A stretch of DNA of 64,000 nt from Azolla caroliniana (lineage: Eukaryota > Plantae > Polypodiophyta), in contig JBHGNT010000006.1 in NCBI GenBank assembly GCA_043228905.1, forward strand, positions 19,654,001-19,718,000. Reading direction: 5' to 3'. Every line of letters begins with the position of its first letter. Within the stretch, counting starts at the first letter, position 1. Below, one piece after another: positions 51,267 through 61,203 of the stretch. A program made the position numbers and the translations under genes. The notes beneath the pieces are model-generated. The model was not told the DNA's origin and searched no databases. It was given only the letters and a program-made list of their open reading frames with translations.

Positions 51267-54200
51267 TGTTAAACACAGTGCTCGGCCACAACCGAGGAAT
51301 AGGATCAACTCACAGAAAACAGGAAATACAAAAAAAAATGGACCAAGACAATAGAGAGAAGAGTACACAGGATATTTTACGTGGAAAACCCTAAGTGGGA
51401 AAAACCACGGGAGTCCTCAAACTCCAACTATCACTATACACAGAGATGTACAATGGTGAAGCTACAAGGCAACAACCTTGAGCTCACTGTCTTCGCCACA
51501 GGCGGCGGTAATACACAGAGGCAACGACCTCTTCGTCTCTCTCTCTCTCTCTCTCTCTCTCGGCTGCTCACTTAGCTCCCACTAAGTGGAAAAACAGAAA
51601 AATGAGTAACAACAACAACAAAAAAAAAAAAAACTGTTTGCCCTAAGTCATATTTATACACATATGACTTTCGGGCTATTTACAAATATAGCCTCGAGGG
51701 CCCTTGGCAAACATATTCACAAATATGTCCCCGCATCCGGATCTCTCTCCGGGTACATTCGTCATCCGGCTCCGTAGCCGGGTCTTCATCATCCGGTTCC
51801 GAAACCGGGTCTTCATCATCCGGTTCCGTAACCGGGTCTTCATCATCCGGTTCCGTAACCGGGTCTTCATCATCCGGTTCCGTAACCGGGTCTTCATTCC
51901 CGATTCCCGGACATCTGACCATCCCATCCGGAGGGACCGTAATCCCAACAAACTCCCCCTTCACTTCGGCATGGGATGTCTTTCCAGTCCGACCCTCTTC
52001 CGGCACGCTTCCAGCTTGTCGGGTGTGAGTACTTTGGTCAGCATATCTGACCCGTTCTCGTCCGTGTGGATCTTCGTCAGCACGAACTCCTGGTCTTCTA
52101 TCCTTTCCCGGATCCAGTGATATCTTCGCTGGATGTGCTTCGTCCGGGAGTGATAGGCCGCGTTCTTCGCAAGGTGGATGGCACTCTGACTGTCGCAGTA
52201 GAGTCGGTACTCCTTCTGCCGGATACCGAGCTCTCTAATGAAGTCCTTCATCCATATTATTTCCTTGCCGGCTTCAACAGCCGCCATGTACTCCGCCTCC
52301 GTGGTTGACAACGCAACCGTCTTCTGCAGCCTCGACTGCCACGAAACAGCTCCCCCTGCATACGTCATCACATACCCTGATGTGGACCGGCTGGTATCTG
52401 CATCAGCCGACATGTCCGAATCGGTAAATCCATCGAGTTCGGGCTTACCGGAGCCGAATCGGAGGCACATGTTCGAAGTGCCCTTTAAGTATCGGAGTAT
52501 CCATTTGACCGCGTTCCAGTGCTCCTTGCCGGGATTACTCATATACCGGCTCACCACTCCGACTGCGTATCCAATGTCCGGTCGGGTACACACCATTGCG
52601 TACATCAAGCTCCCGACGGCAGAGGCATATGGTATCTTCATCATATCCTCCTTTTCAACCTTTGTCTTGGGACTTTGCTTGCCGGATAACTTGCAGTTTG
52701 CCGGGAGGGTTGACCCGACCGGTCTTGCTTCCGACATGTTGAACCGGTGAAGCACCTTTGTCACGTACTTCTCCTGTGACAGCCACAACTACTTCTTCTT
52801 CCGGTCCCGGATGATGTGCATCCCTAGTATTTGCCTCGCCGGACCCAGGTCCTTCATTGAGAAGGTTCGGTGAAGCGCTTTCTTCAACATCCGTATCTTG
52901 ACCGGGTCCCGTCCGACGATCAACATGTCGTCCACGTACAGGAGGAGTATTAGAAAGTCTCCTCCTTCGAACTTCTTCACAAACACGCAGTGATCGGACT
53001 GCGTTTTGTGGTACCCTTCGTCGGTCATGAAAGAGTCGAACTTCCGGTACCACTACCGGGGAGCCTGCTTCAGTCCGTAAAGACTCTTCTTCAACCGGCA
53101 TACCAGGTGCTCCTTCCCTTTCTTCTCGAATCCTTCCGGTTGCTGCATGTAGATCTCTTCTTCGAGGTCACCGTGAAGGAATGCCGTCTTCACGTCCATC
53201 TGTTCTACCTCGAGGTCCATGCTTGCCGCTATGCTCAGCACCGTCCGGATGGAGGTCATCTTCACTACCGGGGCAAATATCTCGTCGAAGTCGACGCCCT
53301 TCTTCTGCTGGTACCCCTTCACCACGATCCTGGCTTTGTATCTCGGGGGGTTTCCGGCATCTCCCGGTTTCAGCTTGAACACCCACTTGTTTCGAAGTGC
53401 CCGCTTTCCTTTCGGCAACTCCACAAGTTCATATGTGTGGTTCTCATGCAGGGAATCCATCTCCTCCTGCATGGCACTTAACCACCTGCGGCTATGGGTG
53501 TCAAGCTTTGCTTCTTCAAAACTCTCCGGCTCCCCCTCGTCGGTTAGCAGCACGTGCTCTGGTTTCGGAAATCTCCGGGGGGCCCTTCTCTCTCTTAGAG
53601 GATATCTCCGTTCCGGAGCTTCGGTAACCGGCTCCTCCGTTTCCTCTTCATCCGAATCCATTCCGGGATCGAGGCCGGTTCCGGTATCAGTTTCATCTTC
53701 CTCGGCCGGTTCTGTTTCTTCACCGTCTTCGGCCGGATCCTCGAGTGCTAACCGGTCCCTTGCCGGTCGGGACTGCTCCTCGTAGAGTTGATCCTCACCG
53801 GTCGACTTGGAGCTCTTCATCTTCTTCTCCGACTCCCAGTCGGCGAGTGTCTTGTCCTCCATGAAGATGATATCACGACTCCGGAATATCTTTTTGTCGA
53901 CCGGGTCCCATACTCGGTAGCCGAACTCGTCATCGCCGTAACCGAGGAATATGCATGGCCGGGTCTTTGGATCTAGCTTTCCTCTCCGGTCCTTTGCCAC
54001 ATGCACATATGCGAGACACCCGAACACCTTCAGATGCCGGTAGGATACTTCCCTTCCGGTCCACACTCTCTGCGGCGTGTCTCCGTCCAAAGGTACTGAG
54101 GGTGATCTGTTTATCACGTATGTCGCCGTCGACATTGCCTCAGCCCAAAACCCCTTGGGTAATTTCGCATGCGCCAGCATACTCCGGACCCTCTCCATTA

Positions 54201-56024
54201 TGGTCCGGTTCATCCTCTCGGCCAGCCCGTTCAGTTCCGGCGTCTTCGGCACAGTAAACTCGAGCCGGATTCCCATCGAACGGCAATACTCCTCAAATTT
54301 CCCTCGGTATTCTCCTCCGTTATCCGCTCGTAGTGCTTTCAGCTTCTTGCCGGATTCTCTTTCCACTCTCGCGTGGAGTTCTTTGAAGACGGACAATACT
54401 TGGTCCTTTGTCTTCAACGGTGCCGTCCACAGCTTCCGGCTATGGTCATCTATGAATGTTACGAAGTACTGGGCTCCGCCATGTGACTTCGTTTCTACCT
54501 GACACACATCAATGTGCACCAACTCCAAGGGTGCGCTACGTCTCGTCGGTGGTCTTGAGCGGAAGGAGGTCCGGTTTTGCTTACCGGCCAGACAGTCGGT
54601 ACACTTCCCCAAGTGTACGTGCTTTACCGGTATCAGGTTGTCTTCGGCAAGCCTCTTCATCCCCTTCTCGCTCATGTGGCACAGTCTCTTGTGCCATAGC
54701 TCACCGGCAGTGTCAGCTGCCACGTTCAACTCCTCCGGACATAGCCGGGAATTCATCAGGTACAGTGTGTTGACCTTCCGGGCCCGAGCCACTATCAGGC
54801 TCCCTTTGCTGAACTTCATGACACCGTTCCGGATGCTACCCGTGTAGCCTTCATCGTCTAGCCTCCCGACCGAAATCAGGTTCAATCGAACCTCCGGAAC
54901 GTGTCGGACATCCTTCAGCAGCATCTTGCATCCGGTTGATGTCATCAGCCACACGTCTCCTATGCCGGAAATCCGGCATATACCTTCATTTCCCATCCGG
55001 ACACAGCCGTGCTCACCGGCTGTGTAGGATGAGAAGTATTTCTTCTCCGGGATCAGGTGGAACGACGCTCCGGAATCGACCACCCAGGTCATCTCTTCAC
55101 CGGCAAGGTTCAGCTCCCTCTCTTCGGTAATGAGCATTATCTCTTCTTCACTTGCCGCGAGTGCCGTCGTTCCTTTCCGGTCCTGCCCTCGCCGATCCGG
55201 ACCTCTCCGGTCTGTGGCTCCCCGGTATGCACCGTTTCGCTCCGGTGACTTCTTCGAATCGGTACCGTCGGTTCCGTTGTCTTTCCGGAAATGCCGACAG
55301 TTCTTCTGGAAGTGCCCCGGCTTCCCACAGTAGAAGCATGTAGGTCTTCCCCTCGACTGCGACCGTGTCCCCGACTTCTCCTGTCTTTGCGGACTCCGGT
55401 TCCGTTGTCTTCCCCGTTCCGATTCGGTAAGCAGCGCCTTCGAGTCGGAGGCCGGTTCTTTATCTCTCCGACGCGCTTCTTCATTTAGAATACTTGTCTT
55501 TACCGTTAGTAAAGACAAGTTCTCTTCCTTACAGGAGGTGCTGAGAGTAACTACCAAATTCTCCCAGCTCTCCGGAAGGGTACACATCAGCATGATGGCT
55601 TGCATTGCGTCATCCAACGGGAACTTGATCGCCGCAAGCTGGTTCACGAATCCCATGAACGTGCTGACGTGTTCGACCATGCTCTCGCCATCCCGGTACT
55701 TAAGATTCACTATCTTCCTCATCAGGGAGGTCCGGGTCAAAGCATTCTTCCTCTCATACAGTCCGGACAGCTTCTGCCACATCTCATAGGCGTTCGTATC
55801 GTTCGCCACATGTTGCAGAACACTTACATCGACATATTGCCAGATCGTCGCTACGGCTTTCCGGTTCAAGAGCTTCCACTCCGACTCTATTACTCCCTTG
55901 GGTATCTCGGCATTGTCGATCGGTTCGTACAGGTCTCGGATGATGAGAAGGTCTTCCATCTTTATCTTCCAGTCGGCGTAGTTCTGTGAGTTCAACACCA
56001 TCATGCCCGGGGGCCCACTACCGC
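51267..56024 (-). mobile_element. Near-intact Tnt1/Tork-like Ty1/copia element; 3' LTR at 51267-51950, 5' end displaced by a gypsy insertion
   Basis: LTR TG...CA with PPT AGGGGGAG at about 51953-51960. The gag start is interrupted at 56024. Confidence 0.95.
51961..56004 (-). pseudogene. Copia gag-pol polyprotein with two in-frame stops
   Basis: ORFs 53053-56004, 52789-53028 and 51961-52788 share one frame. Motifs: [54 protein letters not shown]. Confidence 0.95.
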
Positions 56025-58242
56025 TGTCGTGCCTTTCGGCTCCGGATCGTTTGCGTGAGTCGGGTGGGAACCACTGAGGTTTTGGACTAGGAGAAAGAAG
56101 AATATGAGATGAGGCTAGTAATGAATATAAATATGTTGTAAGAAAGAGTTATAGCAAACTCGTGAATCCCACGAGTGTATTGTATTAGATTAATCAATAT
56201 GAATATAAGAATATAAACTTCGGTTGAAAGAGAATGATATAGAATTCTCGTGAATCCCACGAGTATAGTTTATTAATTGGTGTTTTTTAGAAACATATCT
56301 AGTTTCCAAATATTTTTCACACACAATTACATTGTGCTCCCCATCCTTATGTAGTGATGAGGAAGTCTTAGTAATCCATGCTTTTTTTCTCTAACTATAG
56401 ACCCCATGCTTTTCCTATAGATAGACTATATGCTTTATCTAAAGTGATCATGCTTTTTCTAACTTGTGCGTTTTTTATCATGCACGCTAGATGTGTATGT
56501 GTAGCTTTTTCTTTTGTTATGCGTTTTTCTAATGTTTATCCTAGCGTGAATTTACCTTTCTATGTGGGACATCTATGCTTTAACACTAATGAAATGCTAG
56601 TGTAATGGTAAGACATTACATTATTAACATGGAGGTGCAAGGTTCGAATCTTGCCCTATGCATGTTTCATTTATTTTGCTATTTTCTTCTATTTCTTCAT
56701 TTTTTATTGAATCTAATACTATATACGTTTTTCACGTTTTTCACGTAGTGTACAAAATACACTACGACACTCACCCCCTCCAAACCCGCACATCCTCCGG
56801 TATGTGCCGAAGTTGTTGGTGTTTGTTAGTCTCCTCCGTCCGGTCTCTACCCGATTGGTTTCGTTGCCGGCTCGTAGTACCCTCTACTTCTCTTGTTATG
56901 TTGACTTTGTCTCTCCATTTGGAGCACATCCATTCTTTCCACCCGAACCATTGTCGACATCCGATCCACCATAGTCTTCGTTCGCTTTTTGCATGGCCCG
57001 CTTGGTCCTTGTCATCCGCGGTAGTATCTTTTCTTGCCCTCTTTCTTTTCTTCATCAATCTCGACTTCTTTTCGGATTTTCGGTTTAGTCGGATTAGCTT
57101 ACTTTCGATTCGGTCTCGTCGGATCGTCTTTCGTTTAGTTCGGCTTCCTTTCCGATTTGTATTCGGTCGATCCAGACTCGGTTGATCGGTTTTTACCGAT
57201 TCAGTGCTCTTTCGGGTCGGTTTCTTTTCTTTTCTTTTCGTCCGGATTTGCTTTCTTTTCTTCGTTTTCACCTGCCTTGTCCGGTTCGACTTTCGGCACT
57301 TCTTTCCGTTGTTCGCCACGTAGGTCCTCCGATATGTGCTCGTTGTTCGGTCCTCGTGTGGTTGTAATGCATGCTTCTTTTCTCGCCGTAGCGCGTGCTT
57401 CTTTATTCGCCATAACACGCGTTTCTTTATTCGCCGTAGAGCGTGCTCTGTATTATGCGCTTCTCTCGTCGTAGACCCGACCTCCGCATTGTCGCACTTT
57501 CTTTTAGATTGGAATTTCGGATGGATCATTTTCCATCCGAACCGACTTCCGACTTTACCTTCCTCGCCGCCATCTCCCGTCTCTCCGGTCTCACGTTGGT
57601 TCTCGGACACAACCGCCGAAGTCTCTAGATATTGTTGGCATGAATCCTCGGTATTACCTTCTTTCGTAGTTTCACCCTTAGCATTCTTCTCGGCTATCTC
57701 TTCATCGTATTCGTCGGCTTCGACATTCGTTTTCTCTCCGCCACCTTCCGTCTCTTCGGTCTCACGTTGCCTTTCGATCGCAACCGCCGGAGTCTCTGGA
57801 ATCAGTGGTGGGGAAGTCTCGATATGGCAATCCGCCATTGATTCGTCCATAGCCACCTCCGATTCGATTTCGTCTTTTGTGGCTACCTCCTTAATCACAT
57901 CCGCTTCACACTCTTTATCTGCATCAATTATGCAAACATCTATTATGCTTACCCCTTTTTGACCCGATGTCTCGGGCACTTGTATCCCGAAATTTCCTTC
58001 TACACTTGAATTATCGCCCTTATCCTTCGCCATCGTTCTTTCACAAGACGAGTGGGTGTCTTGTTCCACTCTTTCTCCCGTGGTACCATCATGTTGTATT
58101 TCGGCCTTCATATTGGCTTCATCGTTTTTCCTTAATCAACCATCCTTCATGGGCCATGTCGTTGTTGACGAGATTCTCAGCTTCCTTTCATCATGTCTTC
58201 GGCATACCCTTTCGACTTTGGCCCAATCCTCGGTAAGGCCGT
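56025..58242 (-). mobile_element. 3' end of gypsy element A: 3' LTR 56025-56769, PPT and a gag-like 3' ORF
   Basis: On the minus strand GGAGGGGGTGAG (PPT) abuts TGTCGTAGTG at 56769, and the LTR ends GGCACGACA at 56025. Homologous to the LTR at 58243-59071. Confidence 0.85.
56771..58242 (-). pseudogene. Gag-related, charged low-complexity ORF ending at the PPT
   Basis: GLTEDWAKVERVCRRHDERK at the 58242 junction resembles GLTETWGSVRDIVARYTKR in the gag at 59023. It is in frame with the 446-aa ORF across one TGA. Confidence 0.55.
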
Positions 58243-58322
58243 TGTCGTAGTGTAGGTTGCACACTATGTGGAAATTATATTTTTGTCCCTCCGGATAAAG
58301 AATGGAGTGCTCGGTGAGAACC

Positions 58323-58427
58323 GGAAGAAAACGGCATACCGGCGAGGAGGAAAAACGGCATACCGGCAAGGAGGAAAACGGCATACCGGCAAGGAAGAAA
58401 ACGGCATACCGGCAAGGAGGAAAACGG
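58323..58427. repeat. About 23-bp tandem repeat, 4 copies, inside LTR B
   Basis: Unit AAAACGGCATACCGGCAAGGAGG. Confidence 0.9.
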
Positions 58428-59022
58428 ATAAAGAGACATAAATGTAAAAAGAAAGGAAATACTCACTACTGCGCAAGGCGTGATACAAACTTTGCACCTC
58501 CACGTTGACAAACCCCAACCTTACCATTACATTAACTTATATTAAGTGTTTTAAATATAGATTTAATACGTATAAGACCTTTATTTATGCATACCTTTAT
58601 TAAAAGGTAAATCGTGTATTTTTTTAATATATGAAAAAGAAAAAACACGAGACACTAAAAATAACTCATGCACATCTAGCGTGCATGAGCCCTATACTTA
58701 GGAAATAAAAAAGCATCACATGCACATTTAGTGGACATGAACACTTTTTGTAAAAAGCATGTAGCTATGCTTAGTCTCTCCCATCACTATATAAGGATGG
58801 GGAGCACATTGTAGTTGTTGTTGATTATTTGGATTAAGTATTAATCAATACAAAATTTATTCGTGGGATTCACGATTTATACATCTACGTCTCTCTTAAC
58901 ACCCTAAGTACCAATTAATATAGTATACTCGTGTGATTCACGAGTTTCTTATCTTTCTCTTTGCTATTTACTCATAATTAATCTCTATCTCACGAACTTC
59001 TTTCTCCTAGTCCAAGACCTCT

Positions 59023-61149
59023 GTGGTTCCCACCCGACTCACGCAACGATCCGGAGCCGAAAGGCACGACACAGTTGGTGAACCCGACGTGAAGACGGGT
59101 GGCAAGGAGATGGAGGCTCAACAAGCTAACAATATGATGGCGATGTTCGAACGGATGCTTCAAGAACAACGCACGATGTCGGAGATTTCGGCATCAGTAG
59201 AGCGGCTCGTGCAACGCAACGGGCAATTTAATGGTAAGGATGTGTCGCGATATTTGCAGGACTACAAGGCGGAGATGCTCCGGTGCCGGGCTTCGGAAGG
59301 ACTGCAAGTGACATCCTTTAACCGGGTGGCGACCGACGGGCTTCAAGGGAGTATCCACGGGTTGCAACAACAAAATCCGACGTGGGAAGCATTCGAAGAG
59401 GCGTTAAAGACCACGTTTGCCATCGAGGACTCCTCCAAGGCAACGCGGAGGGGATTCGAGGATTGGGTGGAAACGTCAGGTAAGGGGCTGAAGGTCCTCG
59501 AAGTGTTTTCGGCATTCGAAAGTCGGTTCGGGAGGTTGTCCGCGAGAGATCAAACTATTCTTGCACCGGACAAAGTCATCATGTTTTTGCGAGCTGTGGA
59601 CGTCCGGGACCGGAAAGATCTCGGAGTGCTTCTTGAGGACACGACCACCGAAAGCGGCCTCACCGAAACATGGGGAAGCGTGCGGGATATCGTCGCGCGG
59701 TACACGAAGAGGGGGCAATGGCTTGCCAACGAAGAAAAGAGGGTTTCGGAACCGATTCCGAAACCGAGAACGGGATTGGAAGACCATCAACCGAGGGCTC
59801 AGGAGATTACGGCCGAGAAGGGAGTCGACGCGTCTACGGTGGAGCAGCTGCTGAAGGAGATGGAGAATCTAAAGATCGCGATGGTGAAGAAGTCGGATGA
59901 CCGGCCCACAAGCTCCAAATATACGGATCGACGGTGCATATGGTGCGATAGCGCCGAACACGATCGGAGGGATTGCGACGACCATAAGGAGGCGCTACGA
60001 CGGGATCTCATCTACTACGAGGGAAACCGGATTCATTCGATGGACTCTCGGAAGCCACTCCGACCGAACTTCCGGAAAGGCGGCATGAAGAAGGTGCTCG
60101 AGGAGGAGTTAGCGGCAAGAAGCAACTATGCGACAACCGCGGGAATATGTGTCGGGGAGTCATCGGGAGCGAAGGCGTCTTTCTGGCCGGAGGTGCTAGG
60201 AAACACCGAGAAAACCGACTCCAACGATATCCGAAACACCGCGGAAGGCGTCCGGGAAGCTACGGGATGGGAGTGCCCTGTCGACAAGAATAGCATATAC
60301 GCCCTGTGTCAATTACATGAGGTGTATGTGGACGAGAAACGACGGCGCACGGAGGATGCGGCCGGACCATCGAAGATAGCGGAAAGCTGGAACTCCGGAG
60401 GTAAGGGAAAAGAAAAGGCGACTCCGGCATTCAAGCTCGCCTCGGACATAGAACAACAAACTGACTTGAAAAGAGTGTTCGAGGAAAGAATCTTGGATAG
60501 CCGGGTAGATTTTTCGCTGCGGGAACTACTCGGAATAGCGAAGAAGGAGTTTCACGATCTTCTCGTGGATCTCGTGAAAAGGAAGAGACAAAGTACGGAG
60601 GAAAATGCTCCAAGGGTGAATGCAAATACCGTTTCAATGAACGACACCGAAGTGGAAGGCGAAATTCCGAACTCCCACTATACAAGGCCACACTGGGCAC
60701 GTGCGACTACGGAGACTCCGGTCCGAATCGGCAACATCAAAGAACCCGTGCTAGCATTGATTGATCACGGATCGGAGATCAACTTGATGTCCAAGGAGTT
60801 CTACCGAAAGGGGAAGTGGCCTATAAACACCAACCATGGATGGAAGATTCGGGCAGCCACGAAAACGACAGAAGACCTATTTGCGGCTTGTCCGGATGTG
60901 ACGGTAAAGATCGGGGATGTCGAAATTGACCAAAATTTCTTTGTGCAGGATGTGGTTTCACATTCTATCATCCTCGGCCAACCCTTTATCACGGCTTCAC
61001 GGATGGAGACGAAGGTGCTCGATAGTGGTGCGGCTTTTGCGCGAATTCGGAGCCAAAACGGAGGGAAATCCGTCCAATTCCTAACGGTGCCGGCAAATCA
61101 CGAAAGGAACAAGAGGGAACTCTTGTCCCAAGTGAGAATGGATTTTTAA
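59023..61149 (+). CDS. Gypsy gag-protease (real start probably ATG 59110)
   Basis: Open 708-aa frame with CIWCDSAEHDRRDC knuckle, FKLASDIEQ and protease LIDHGSEINLM...IILGQPF. Confidence 0.9.
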   Translation: MVPTRLTQRSGAERHDTVGEPDVKTGGKEMEAQQANNMMAMFERMLQEQRTMSEISASVERLVQRNGQFNGKDVSRYLQDYKAEMLRCRASEGLQVTSFNRVATDGLQGSIHGLQQQNPTWEAFEEALKTTFAIEDSSKATRRGFEDWVETSGKGLKVLEVFSAFESRFGRLSARDQTILAPDKVIMFLRAVDVRDRKDLGVLLEDTTTESGLTETWGSVRDIVARYTKRGQWLANEEKRVSEPIPKPRTGLEDHQPRAQEITAEKGVDASTVEQLLKEMENLKIAMVKKSDDRPTSSKYTDRRCIWCDSAEHDRRDCDDHKEALRRDLIYYEGNRIHSMDSRKPLRPNFRKGGMKKVLEEELAARSNYATTAGICVGESSGAKASFWPEVLGNTEKTDSNDIRNTAEGVREATGWECPVDKNSIYALCQLHEVYVDEKRRRTEDAAGPSKIAESWNSGGKGKEKATPAFKLASDIEQQTDLKRVFEERILDSRVDFSLRELLGIAKKEFHDLLVDLVKRKRQSTEENAPRVNANTVSMNDTEVEGEIPNSHYTRPHWARATTETPVRIGNIKEPVLALIDHGSEINLMSKEFYRKGKWPINTNHGWKIRAATKTTEDLFAACPDVTVKIGDVEIDQNFFVQDVVSHSIILGQPFITASRMETKVLDSGAAFARIRSQNGGKSVQFLTVPANHERNKRELLSQVRMDF
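59076..59092 (+). promoter_or_regulatory. Primer binding site, probably tRNA-Trp
   Basis: TGGTGAACCCGACGTGA just after the LTR, complementary to a plant tRNA-Trp-type 3' end (recalled, not searched). Confidence 0.75.
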
Positions 61150-61203
61150 AGCGGACTGTTGCGGAGTGGGGAAGTGATAGTCCGAGAAGCCCTGATACCC
61201 CAC
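61140..61203 (+). promoter_or_regulatory. Putative -1 programmed ribosomal frameshift signal
   Basis: G GAT TTT directly before the gag stop. Stem 61152-61162 pairs with 61174-61184, and loop GTGGGG (61166-61171) pairs with CCCCAC (61198-61203). The -1 frame is open into pol. Confidence 0.75.

Noticed and set aside
56025-59071. A single giant LTR, or a Mutator/DIRS-like element with long TIRs
   Set aside because: Each arm has its own TGTCGT...ACGACA ends. One arm is preceded by a PPT and the other followed by a PBS, so they are two separate LTRs.
59076-59092. tRNA-like sequence
   Set aside because: Only a short PBS complement, not a tRNA gene. No tRNA or rRNA genes were seen in the window.
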